A program made the position numbers and the translations under genes. Below the pieces are notes generated by a model that was not told where the DNA came from, did not search any database, and saw only the letters and a program-made list of their open reading frames with translations. Below are positions 14,101 through 27,800 of a stretch of 64,000 nt of DNA, in pieces; the stretch's first letter is position 1, and each line of letters opens with the position of its first letter. The stretch is from contig OX597840.1 in assembly GCA_951406725.2 (NCBI GenBank), forward strand, positions 20,956,001 through 21,020,000. Reading direction: 5' to 3'. The stretch is from Octopus vulgaris. Its lineage: Eukaryota.

Positions 14101-17100
14101 CTGGTTGTGATGACTTTTCGGCGTGTGTGGTGTCGCTGGACTCGAGCCTGATGGATGCTGACTTCCGGGAAGCTGACTTGAGTGTGAACTGCTGCTACCT
14201 ACAGGGAAAGGTGGGCAAGAATCCGGTTGAAGATGGAGAAGAGGTGGTTCCAACAGTCGTTGTCTTAATGTTGGGGTGTGTGTTAAACACGACTGAGAAG
14301 AGTTAGCTACTTTCTGAAAGCCATGCGACGAGTGAATGCTATTTTTATCAACTGAAAGCAAGAAACAAAAGAAAACATAGCATAGCAGAACAACTACAGC
14401 ACAACAACAACAACTAACAGCAATTTAAACCAAAATAAAAACAAATCAACAGAAATTTCATTCTAACAAAAATAATAATAATAATAATAAAAATAATAAT
14501 TATAATAAAATAGCCACAACAATAAAGGTACTCTCTAGATGTTGCAGGAGAGATAAGCTCCTATAAAGTTACAGTCTAACAGAGTCTGGAGTGAAAGCTA
14601 TGTTAAGTTAGAGCTAGACATATTTAATGCGGCAAGCATTAAAAAAACTAATTACAAGTTATTAATTAATGATACAAAAGACATGAGCTCAGGGACTAAT
14701 ATTATAGATGTTTGCGATCTAGTTTGGATTCTTTGTCATCAAATTTGATTGCAAAGAATTCAAACCAGATCGACAACATCTATACTTTAATAATTTAAGC
14801 AAATAGGGGAGACAATTTCAGTTATGCTTTGGCCTTATTAAATCTCCTCAGCAAAACAGGTTTCATTGAACTTGCCAGCCTAACTGTTCTGATCTATGAC
14901 AGTTTAAGTCAATCCTTTCCAAATATTCGGATTAAGGGTGGCAGGCATTTATCCTCCCTGCCTACAGTGTTAAGTAATTATATTCTAATATCAACTATTT
15001 GCTCTCCTGTATATCACATGTGGTACACGGGACATATTTCCTTGACATCCATGCATCATATATGATACACAATCCTTTTTTTTTCACCCGTCAGAGTCTC
15101 CACACTTAACCATGGTCCAATCTGGAGACTGTTAATTTGAGGTGGAGATCCTAACGGTTTGATGAGCCTATTCTGCCACAATGGCTCAACACGGCTTGGC
15201 AGAGAGGTGCAAATTTAACACTCATACCCAGGAGTAGTTAAGTCAATTACATAAACCAACCCATTGTCCAGCTGGTACCTATTTTATCAACCCTGAAAGA
15301 ATATTCATAACATTCTTTTATGTCCAAATTTCAAAAGCTTCAAGTTTTCATCAATGCTCACATTCCTGCACCACAGAATAGTGCAGACCATATGTAAACA
15401 TTTGCACAGCTTTTCCTCGTTTCTAACGTAAGTCCCTTGATGCTAAAGCCTTTGGCCTATTATCATCCTACAGCAATAATAAACAGGTCCCGTGAACAGA
15501 CCAGGAGAGAGAGCTTCATGCGACCATGATCTTAACTGGAACAATACTTCAGTGTATTTGGTTCTGTTGCAGTGACAAACCAGTCAGATGCAAACTGTCA
15601 CCTCTTATAACACATCTGAATATGCTAGAGGCCAGGTTCACTAACATTTTTAACCCTTCAGCATTCACGTTACTCCATCAAATGTTCCGCTTATTTATTC
15701 ACACTGCATTCTCTCGTAGCTTTGAGATTTCTATGATGTGATTGCATATGTTTGGAATGACACTGAAGGGTAGGTGTGAGAGGCCGGATCTAGCCAGTTT
15801 GAACATAAAACGGCCGGTTTTAATACTAAAGGATTAAAGCTGCTGTACACTAAGTATAATAATTTATTTAAAATACACTTGCAAGGCACATCAACAGACC
15901 TAAGGCTACTTGGTAGTTGGTGTAATAGCTAAATAAACTCTGTGAATAGTGAGTCTAGAGAGCACCATAATATATTAAATAAAAATACAACAAATATTTA
16001 AGCTTTAGTAGGAAAGAAAGAAAACACCAAAAATATACAGATTGGAGAAAAAAAGGCATGCACAGTTGAAGAACTATATACATAAAACAGAAATAAGTTC
16101 CAAAAGCTGATAACAATGGAATAGAGGAAGAAATACATTAAAATAATGTTCAAAGCAGTTTTTAAATATATCAGAAGAAAATGGTTTTTAATGGTTGTAT
16201 TAGGCAATTCTCTCAGCAGTTAAACAGGGAAACACCTGGGATTAATATAAACAGGAACACACCTGGGATCATAGATGGAATTAAAAGGAATTCGGTCCTC
16301 AATTTCCAATCTAACACAACAATCTATTAGAGTTTTTCAAGCTATGGTTATTCAATCTAACAGGGGAAACCTCTTTACAGTCACATAGCCTATCATAAAC
16401 AGCACCTCAATTTTCCTCAAATTGCACCCTACAGTGAGGCCCTAAATTCATTCTATCTGAATACAACAAGGAATTATTATAACAAGAGCATCTCTGACCA
16501 TATTCCTGTCGGATCAGAGCCAGCCTGAGGGTTAACAAATAGCTACTAACGAGTAATTCCCTATATCTGAATAAAAGGAATACAAAGTTGTGGCTGGAAC
16601 ATCTTAGGCTAAAGATTTATTAGACCAGAACCAACTTGAGCCTACAGACGAGGAGCAATTGTAATGCTGCTAAAACAGAGATTGAATTCTTTGAAATCGC
16701 ACACGTCTGCAACCCACATAGAATCACCCACCCTACTAAACCGGTTTCCATATCATGCTGGAACAAATAATTCTTATACCATTGAATGTCAGTACTTCTC
16801 TACAGCTAAACCATACAGAAAACACTAGAACATGTAATGGGTTTTTTATCCAAGAAGACACAAATGTAAAACTTTGAAGATCAAAACTTCCGTAGGTGCA
16901 GACATGCCAAAGTAGTTAAGAGGATCACTCTGCAACCATATGGTTTCAGGTTCAGTCCCACTGCGTGGCACCTTGGGCAAGTGTCTTCTACTATAACCCC
17001 AGGCTGACTAATACCTTGAGAATAAATTTGTAGACAGAAACTGTGTGGAAGCTCATTCTGTGTATATAAAGGGTAAAGACCCTCTTCAGTCATGCTTGAC

Positions 17101-18099
17101 CATGGGATTGAACCTGGAAAGTTCCCCTCCAAGGCACAAGTCTAGGCAAGGTTGTTTCTGGAAGACTAGCTGTTGCCTACGCATACCAGCCTCCTCTCAC
17201 CATGATGTTATCCAAGGGAAAGGCAAAGGGGCCGATACAGCTTGGCACTAGCCCAGCTTGGGAATTGAACTCACTACCTGATAATTGTGAGCCCAGTGCT
17301 CTAACTACTGAGCCATGTACATGGCTCATTTTTGCCAGCTGAGTGGACTGGAGCAATGTGAAATAAAGTGTCTTGCTCAAGGACACAAAGTGTTACTGGG
17401 GGGGGGGGGGACTCATGGCCTTCTGATCGTGAGATGAATACCCCGACTAAGTCACGCACCTTCGCTGTGTCCAACTACTGCATTCTAGCTCCCCTGGTTA
17501 GAAATGGTCATTGTACCTGTGGGCTACAATGAATCCAAGTCAGACCTGACCATGGATTCAAATAGCTTCCTTACTGTAACGAGTTCCTTCTGAATCACAG
17601 ATATTCTAAAACTACCACAGAAGGATAAGTGGGGATATAATAGTTGCTTAAAAAATGATTGGAGTAGATTAGCTATTCCTTCTGGACACTAACCTGACCG
17701 TGAGATGACAGTAATGCCTATCAGATTAATTGTAACAGAATGCTGACCACAACACAACAATCACACAACTGGTATGGCAAGAAGTTGAACACTCACAATT
17801 GCAGAAATACTGAATGTTTTGAGAGCAACAATACCAAAAGCTTTCTAAAATTCTTAGATGTGAATAATTAAAAAATATTAATTTGAATAAATTCAACAAT
17901 TAATAACTGAAACACACTTCTCAAAACAGTTACCTTCACTCACAAATCACAAAACAAACTCTCCATGCTTTCATGTTTTGACAAGCGGCTCAAACAGAAA
18001 ACAAAACATTTCCAAATACACACATAATACAGACATAACACAAACCTTATGTACTATATATGCAAATACATGCTTATGCATATATATACACACACACAC

Positions 18100-18130
<31 letters not shown>

Positions 18131-19485
18131 AACATATATACACACAGACAAACATACACACACATATATATATACATATATACACACACACACAAGGATA
18201 TACGTACAGTCACATATATACATACACATTTAGATATACAGATGCACATACAAATTTGCACGCACATCAATAAAGTAAAGTTATTTGTCCCTACTGCTTT
18301 TAATAAAAGCCAAAGTTTCTGTGTTTCGAGGGAGCCAAGGTCCTGAAGTGGAAGTGGAAATGATTTTAATAGAAAGGGCTTATTGTGCAGAACCCTCTCC
18401 CTCATTTCACCCTTTCTGTCACATTAGCCTTGAAATAAAGGAGAAAGGGTAGACCAGAGAGATACACTAGTTCTGCAAAGAAGCTAGCTTCCTTTGTGCC
18501 AGTACAGCAAAAAGCATTTGAGTACATTCTAATACTTTCCTAAGATTGGCTGGTATGAGAGGAAGGGCATATACCTGTGTCAGTATCTACTTTTTCCTTG
18601 CTGTCATGGGTTGAACAGGTCTCTAGAGTTTCAGGAGTTCCACCATAACATGAGGATTTTGTGCACCTGACCTTGGTAGGACTACAATAAAGTACTCCTG
18701 TTATTTCCTACACCTACAATATCATGGGTGTATATTACATAAGTCATGGTTCACCCGAAACAGCTGTCAAGATAAGACTATTACACCATTCCTTTTGTAT
18801 ATTTGTATTCCATGTATGTATACATATACTCAATAAACCTACTTGTACTTAATGCCCCCCCCCCCTCTCTCAATAAATATATATACTTATATACATACTT
18901 TCATACACAAGTATACATAGACAAGTACTCATACACATATATATACATCTCTCTCTCTCTACATACACACACACAAATGCGATAATTACATCAGTTTTAA
19001 AACTAATACTGAAAAACCTTAACACTAACACCAACATGCAATGTATAAATATATGAGAGATGTGTACAAAAGGAAAAGCCAACAACAACAACAAAGTAGC
19101 AAAAGAGATGGGGAAAAAATAATAAATGTAAACATTGGAATAAAGCGAAGAAGATAATAAAAACAAAGTAAGTCGATTGACATGCAAAAAGCTATCACTA
19201 CACATCAACCATATATAGCTGGAAATAGAACGCTCTCAGTGTGCGGGTGTGTACGACAAAAGATCGATAAGGTATCGATGACTATTATAGAACAGTGAAG
19301 AAGGGAGACAACTGCTGATGTGATTCAAGAGTATAAGTTTAACATTTTCAGTAAATTAATGGATACATTTTCATGTCAATAATTTCCTTAGGAAAACAGT
19401 GTAATAGAAAAAAAAGTTAAAATTGAATGCATGTACTCAGCACACACATACAATCCTATTCAATTGCAAACTAAGTATATGCACA

Positions 19486-19530
<45 letters not shown>

Positions 19531-19905
19531 TAAGGGCAAAAGAAAAAATTTTTAATGCTAAAACATGCCGATTATCACTACAGACACACGTTTCGAAGAA
19601 AGCCAACAGAAATTTCTAAAAAATCCCATTATTTCTATATCGGACCCGATTTCAGAGTTACTTCATAAGAACCTTCCCTTCATCAGTGATGAAGGGAAAT
19701 TTCTGTTGGCTTTCTTCGAAACGTGTGCTTGTAGTGATAAATTACATGGTTATTGACTTTATGTCTTTTTACGGCATATTTTGGCAATAGAAATTCTTTC
19801 TTTTGCCCTAACTTATAAATTGTTTATAAATTTAACCTTTAAAGGTATTTTTTAATATGCTGGCCATTGATAGAATTTTTTAAGAAAAATTTTATCCTAC
19901 ATGAA

Positions 19906-19946
<41 letters not shown>

Positions 19947-20140
19947 TGCATACATATATAGTGTGTGTGTGTGTGTGGTCTGCAAAATATTTGAAAAAAT
20001 ATTAGCAAGACAGTCTTAGCTCACTAGAGTAATAAAACCAATGATAGTAAGCGATTGGATAAGGAGAGAGGTTAATGTTCGGTTTCCACTTCAACATTTA
20101 GCTTGGTATATGTTGCCTTTATATATATATATATATATAT

Positions 20141-20210
<70 letters not shown>

Positions 20211-21834
20211 GCTAAGAAGTTGTGTGCATTTAAACTGAAGAGGCTGCATTACAAGACAATATCTTGTTGCACTCCATTTAATCGTGTCTGGCTCTTAAGA
20301 GCCCACGCAGGCATTCAGCCAGCACAATATAATGGGGGAATCTTAGAAAAGTAAAATAAAATTATACAAGAACTGTAGTAATCTGGAAATATCATGGCAC
20401 TCATGGTTAATGATCATTGGGGACAAATTTACAGTATCCTGGGAGGATGGACTCGACATTTCTCACCAGTTAAAAAAAAGACCAAATACCAGGAAGCAGG
20501 ACTTGGTCAATGAGGCACTTGCCAAAGAATGGCAAATGGTTTCAATCCCTATTGAAGTCAACTACTGCAGCTTCCCAGCCAGATCAGTTTAACCATTCAA
20601 ATAGAAACAGTTCTACCTGAACTTCAACTACATAGCTATGTAATTATATAACAGTTTCTTTCTTTCATTTAATTGTGGAGACAAGTGTTTGGGTTTTGTT
20701 CCACTTCACTAACCATCCATTCTTATTAGACAATCAAAACGTTCTCCTTCCAAACCACCAAACCTACCTTGCCAAGTGATTGCAAATGGCAGAGGTGATG
20801 ACCTCTTTGAAAATCCACTGAATTGAATGTCTTTATTCCCATCTTTTCTTTCAATGATTTTCTCTTCAACATTAGGAAATACCGCCCTAAAAAGAGGAAA
20901 ATGACAGAAAGAGTGAAAAACTTTAAATGCATATTTGAAAAAAAAACTGAATTGGTTTCTCTAAGATTGTTGCAGAATCACAACTAGACGGAACATTACA
21001 TTATCATGGGTTTGTGTTTCTGTTCTGCACAAAAATATATAGACAGAGAATACGATCTCACAGTGGGAGATGACTATGTCGCAGTGAATTTTAAAAAATG
21101 CTATCTCAAATTGTGAGATGACTATGTCACAGTGAATAAAAATTAGTTTTGTGATTGAATCTTTAAAAGTTACCTACATTCTGATAAAAACATTAAAACT
21201 GGAATTTATAAGAATTTTCTAGATACTATAGACCTGAAATAATTGCTTTCTTTTAGTAAAGTTACACACCCCAAACTAATTAATAAGCAGCATTTGTAAT
21301 TATAACAGATGTAGACTTTGTGCTTTATCCAAAGCCATAATGCTCTTCTAATGGGTTAACCCCCTCATGTAGTCTGTGATAAATAAGTATTGTAGCCAAA
21401 CACATGTAAACGACAAAGAAAGGGAGGTGGAGTACTTACTTAACACAGGTATGCAACACTGAGCTATTCAGTGGGTTTGGTAAGGAAAACTTTTTACAAA
21501 AAGATAAATAATCTGTGTACAATGACAGGTGAGACATGTAACAGCCATCTCGCAACTCAAGATTTGCTCGCAACCTGAAAGAAGAGAATTGCAATGTAAG
21601 GGAACAGAATAAGAGGAAAAGTAGAGGGTGAAGACAGTGAAGGTTTGTCTGTGAATATGTGTATATATAGGCTTTTATTCTTTAATCAAAGAAATCAACT
21701 GCAGGAGTTTATTCTTTGTAAGCCTAGTATTCATTCTATTGGTCTCTTTTGCTGAGCTGCTAAGTTACTGAGAAGTAAACACACCGTCAGTAGTTAAGCA
21801 ATGGTGGGTAACAAACACAGACACAAACACACAT

Positions 21835-21880
<46 letters not shown>

Positions 21881-24800
21881 ACAGGTTTCTTCCAGTTTCT
21901 GTCCACCAAAACCACTCACAAGGCTTTGGTTGGCCCGAGGCTATAGTAAAAGACACTTGCCCAAGGTACCAAGCAGTGGGACTGAACCTGGAACTATGTG
22001 GTTGGGAACCAAGCTTCTTACCACACAGCCACACCTGCACCTATGTATGTGTATATGTATATATCATCATCAGGAAATATAAATATGATATAAAATTGTG
22101 AAATACACACACAAGTAATATTGAAAAGATATTTTCCTTTTCTATTTATATCTCTGTGTATGTGTATAGATTTTGTCTTAGCATGCATTTGTCAGTGGGT
22201 ACTTGCTACTGATGAAGCCCAAAGAGGTAGAAATGGCCATTTAGCAACACCCCCACCACTGCTGCTGCTGGAGGACTTTCATCTGCCAGTGATATATTTC
22301 TGTATCTTTTAACATTGTGTATCAATAAGAGACATTGTTTCAGGATAAATACCACAGGTAATTAGGTTTTCAGTAATGTATCTGCTTTAAGTATGATACA
22401 GATTGCTTCTGTTGCACATTATATATATATATATATCATCATTTAACATCTGTTTTCCATGCTGGCATGAGTTAGATGGTTTGACACAAGCTGACGAAGC
22501 TGAGAGCTGCAACAGACTCCACTGGCCATTCTGGCATAGTTTCTATAGCTGCATGTCCTTCCTAGTGCCAACTACTTTACAGGGTGTACTGAGTGCATTT
22601 TATGTGTACATTATGAATACGTTATATGTGTGCATCATAAAAAAAAGGTAAGAAAATGATATGAGAGAGTGTTTCTTACCAATTGCAGGTGGTTTCTATT
22701 TCAGAGGTAGGAATAGAACTTGGTGGAGGCCCCGTTTCTGGAAAAGAATAAGGAATTGTTAACAATGATATGAACAAAGCATCATTAATCAATACTTTGA
22801 GATGAAATTGTACCCAGTTCAAAGACATTTACCATTCAGCACATCAAAAGTAATTCCAGCCCGTTTGAAGAGATGCAAGGACGAACAGCAATAGAGTGGT
22901 TCAGCAAAGTAACCCCAAGCAGACCCATAACCATCATCATCAATTTTAACCCCAACTTTTCCATCCTTGCATGGGGTGGACAGAATTTGTTGAAGATTTT
23001 CTACAGCTGGATGCCCTTCAAGCAAGATAAGTGCCCCTCACCCCCATGGCTAGACATGTTTACACACAAGACTGGGAACACTGCTTGTATGATGGGGACA
23101 TCAATTCACTGGTCATCTGAGAATTGATGTCACCATCTTATTCAGCCGTAGTTATTACAGACCCTTGGTTTCCGAGCTCATAGACTTGGTACTATTGTCA
23201 AGAGGTCCACTTTCGATCATTCAAAACAGTGGGTCTCAACCCTTTTTTTGCCCTATGGACCTTTTTGATTCCTATTTTACTCAAGTGAACCTTCATAACC
23301 ATTGCATGTCTCAAAACTCCTACAGTATTTTTATAATATTCTTAGGAATTGTTTTCTTAAAAAAAGAATCATCAAAATATTCTGTGTATTGCAGAAGTAT
23401 AAGCAATATAGGACTCAAATCTTAAAATCTCACATGGACCCCCCCACACACACACACACAAGGGCCATATACACCATAGCCATGTGGTCCAATGCTTCCC
23501 TTAAAAATTATAGAAACAAAATTAAAACTATATTCCTTATTTGAAAATCACATCATCAAAATCTCAATGCTATCAGTTAAAGCCTGATTAATTCAAAACA
23601 ATAAGCATTACATTTGAGAGGATAATCTGAAAGCTAAAGGCTTAAGAGATGAGCAATATTCCAGATCATTTGAACCACTAAATCAAGAGAGACGGACAGA
23701 CAGACAGACAGAAAATAAATGTAATACTTACTGCAATTCAAAGTAATGGGTGGTGGAGGTTGCGGAGGCACTGGAGGTCCAATGGCTGTCAAACCTGCTT
23801 GCTGGTGGGGGACAAACTCTACGACTTTGATACCAATCAGAGAATTCGGACCATAAGATTGTGCCTCAACGGTAACCAATTGGACCAAGATATCTAACGG
23901 AAAAGAACAAAAATTTTAAATGAAAGCAGTCGTAGTAATAGCAATAGTGGCAATGATGATGATGATACAAGTATAAATTTTTCAAGAGTGGGACTGGTGA
24001 TTATATGGAGCTAAGTTTTTGAGTGATACTTCTTTCATCAGCCCATTAACGAGGTAAGGCAGAGCTTGACTCAACCAAGATATCCAAAGGAAATTTAGAA
24101 ATTAAAGTGGAAGTTGTAGTAGCAACAGTGGTGGTGGTTGTAGTAGTAACAACAGCAACAATAATAATAATAATGCATCCTGCTATAGACACAAGGCCTA
24201 AAATTTTGGGGGATAGGGGTTAATCGATTATATATATATAGACCCAAGAGTTCAACTGCTACTTATTTTATTGACCCTGAAAGATGAAAGGCAAAGTCAG
24301 CCTCAGGTGAATTTGAACTCAGAATGTAGCAAAAGGCGATACACCACTAAGCATTTTATCCAGTGCGCTAACAGTTCTACCAGCTCATAACTTTAGCAAT
24401 AATAATTAGTGATAATAATCCTCTCTACTATAGGCACAAGGCCTGAAATTTTTTTTGGGGGGGTGGGGGGGCGTTAGTCAATTCCATTGGCCCCAGTGTT
24501 CAACTCTGAAAAGATGAAAGGCAAAGTCAACCTCGGCAGAATTTGAATTCTGAACATGAAGTCAGACAAAATAATGCTAAGCATTTTACCCAGTGTGCTA
24601 ATGATTCTGCCAGTTGCCCACCTTTAATAATAATAATGATCATTATTTAATATTTGTTTTCCATGCTGGCATGGGTTGGACTGTGTGACAAGGAACTGAT
24701 AAGGCCAGAGGCCCCCACCAGGTTCCATAGTCTGTTTTGGCATGGTTTCTATGGTTTAACCCTTCAGCATTCCAACTGGCCACATCTGGGCAAAATAGTT

Positions 24801-27800
24801 AACCCGTTTGATGTTGGAACAGGCCAGAGCCAGATCTAACCTTTCACCACAATCCTACGTCACTGTGAAACTAAACAATCACATCATCGAAATATGCAAG
24901 CACCAAGATAATGCATGATTAATTCAAAACAATACAAATAAGCAAATGTTATATTTGACAGAGTAACCTGAATACCAAAGGGTATTTGAACTCAGAATGC
25001 AGAGCACCACAAGTGGTACTCTAAGGTATTTTGTCTAAAAAAAAATAATCATTATTATTTTTTTTTGTTAAGTACATTCCATGAGATTGTCCGTGAGTCA
25101 GTGGAAAGACAACTGATTTCCTGAGCAGAAGCTAGTTACCAGCTGACTGACGGCTTCTGAAAGGAAAACTACCAGTAACTTCAGGAATCTGCTCTATTTT
25201 AGGATGGCTTAAATAGCTTTTGAAGGGTTGGTAGGGTTAGTGTTGAGAAAAAGCAACAAACCAACATACGTACCGACAGCATGTTTCACAGAAGAGATAG
25301 CACCAGATGTAGCCTCCCCTAATTCGGATAACTGATACAAGGCTTCTAGAGTATAAATAATCAGCTGAATATCGTGGATGGTCAACAGCTTACATATATC
25401 CTCGTATGCTTTACTTTCCAGATGTTCAGACAATAAGCTTTCATTTTCTTCCACTTGGCACAATTTGCTGAGAATTTCAAGTCCTGGCGGAAAGAAACGA
25501 AGAACATTGTACGCAAAACATAAAACATAAAACAAAGCTGAATGAAACTCAACTATGAAGAAACCATTATTCATGCCTCGCTAGAAATAAATGTTTGCAA
25601 AACACTGTATTTTCTGGCATATAACTGCAACCCCCCCACACACACACACACAATTCCTCCAAAAGTTCCCCTGCACTGTATATGTTGATGGTCAGGATTT
25701 CGGTAGACTTGGTTAGTGTTACTAATGATAGACAATACTGGTGATGGTGGAAGTCAGTGGTGATATTTGGTTAATGTAAGTATTGTAACTCAGTCTACCA
25801 CAAAAGCTAACCAAAGGGTGTCGGTCTAAATTTTCATGGTTCCTATACATGCAAACATGTGAGATCGTCAGTTTGGGGATTCAGGGTCAGCTGCAGTTTC
25901 TTTCTTGCAGGTTAGGCCTGCTAAAATTGGGATGCACCATATATGCCCAAAAATACAGTAGGTTATCACTGTCATTCTATCACTGTATCAAGTAAGGATA
26001 CATGGCTTAGTGGTTAGGATGTTGCATTCACAACTATAAGATTGCAGGTTTGATTCCCAGACCAAACAGTGTGTCATGTTGTGTTCTTGAACAGAACCCT
26101 TCATCACGAGTTGCTCTGCCATCACCTCAATATCTGATGTGCAGCACATTGCGTACCTGTTCATGCAATGTTGATTTGAAGGAGGGGAATGAGGGAGTTA
26201 ATGTACAACACAAACATTTGATCCCTATAAACAAATCCTTGGTACAGGTTATTCAGCAAGAAATTGCAGCAGAACCCTCTTTCTCAGATCAAGAGACTAC
26301 CATTATTGCTGTATTGACCAGCACATTGGCTGTTGTTATACCCTGCTGGTCAAAATGTGCTTCCTCAAATGATACCACTATCATTTGGCTGGGTGGGCAG
26401 ACCAACTTTCCCCTTGAATGGAATGCCAATCTGTTGTAGAGTTTACCCGTTTACAGCTGAATGGAGTGGTGAATGAAGCCTCGGTGTATGGTTTGGCATG
26501 GTTTCAATGGCTGGAAGTCCTTCCTAATGCCAACCATTTTACAGAGTGTGCACTGGGTGCATTTCTGTGACACTGGCGCTAGTGAGGTCACCATGTAGCT
26601 TGCAAGACAAGACAGAACGATGCAAGGCACAAGAGAAGGGGTGTGAGGGACAAAGGGACAGAAAAGCAGGTTAAGTCTGCAAGAGCGTGAGGCAAGTGAC
26701 AGCTGGTTAGGGATGGGGATACAGGTGATGCAGTGAATGGCAAACAGGGGATGGAAGTGGGGGGGGTATGGTCAATGGTAAATATCAGTTTGGAGGAGAG
26801 GTAAAGGAAATAGAAATGCAACAGGGAGAAAGGAGGGAATTGCATTGATGAGAAATAGGGAGATGATGTGATATGTGGGGACGTAGCCTTTGAAGCTAGT
26901 TCCAAAAGCACAGTTCAAACACTCATTCACTATGGAGCAATTTCTCTCTCTCTTCAACTACATTAGCTTCCACTCTTCACCTTTTCCTGTTTCACCTCTA
27001 TTACCTGCACACTGTATCACTCGCCCCTAAAAGGTTACACAGATCACTCAGGGACTGTCTTCCAGCCCATGTTTCATTCCCTTGCAATCACAGCCCATCC
27101 TGCTGAGACCAACCAATAAACAAAAGATGAAAAGGAAATGCTTTCTTACCACGGACTACTTCACATTTATCACTGGAACATAAACATTTGGATATCAACC
27201 TCAGGATCAGCTGTGTATCAGGGTGGTCAACACTCTCCAAGATCATCTGAATCCAAAGAAACCATTGGTCAAAGTTTGTAAAACGAATCACATGAAACAG
27301 CAAATCTATATTACTGTGTATGCATATGTATGTATGTATTTATATACATCTGCACTTGCTTACATAATTCAACACGTGTAATCTCTCTCTATATAAAGCT
27401 GAAGTTGTCTGTGTATGGCAGGTTTGGTAGCCTTCAACTAACACCATCTCCTGTGTTTGTGTAAATGAGGGTGTATACTAAGAGCAGATAACTCAGGGTG
27501 TATGTGTAATGAGAGGAGAAAATATGCACATAAAGAGACATGGAATAGATTTCAGGATTTATCTGGAGCTACACATCAACATTAGTGATGTCGCAGAGGC
27601 AGGACATAGTCTACTGGCTGTGAATTCCAGTAATTTTACAGGTACATACTGAAGTTCACCTTTTCACACACATCAACCCATCTTGAAGGTTGGAGAACAA
27701 AGCTGGCTCCCAACAATATTTTGCTTTCAAGACCGAAGCCAACCAATGTCTAGTGAGTGAATTTGGTAGATGGAAACTGTATGGAAGCCCATCGTGTGTG

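Noticed and set aside
10481-14306. Plus-strand ORFs overlapping the giant exon (also 2559-3175)
   Set aside because: Antisense shadows of coding or low-complexity sequence with no recognisable domains.
10192-14361. 1389-aa ORF as a stand-alone gene
   Set aside because: Its start is a non-ATG codon inside the acceptor tract and its stop lies in the donor (gtaa). It is an internal ARID2 exon.
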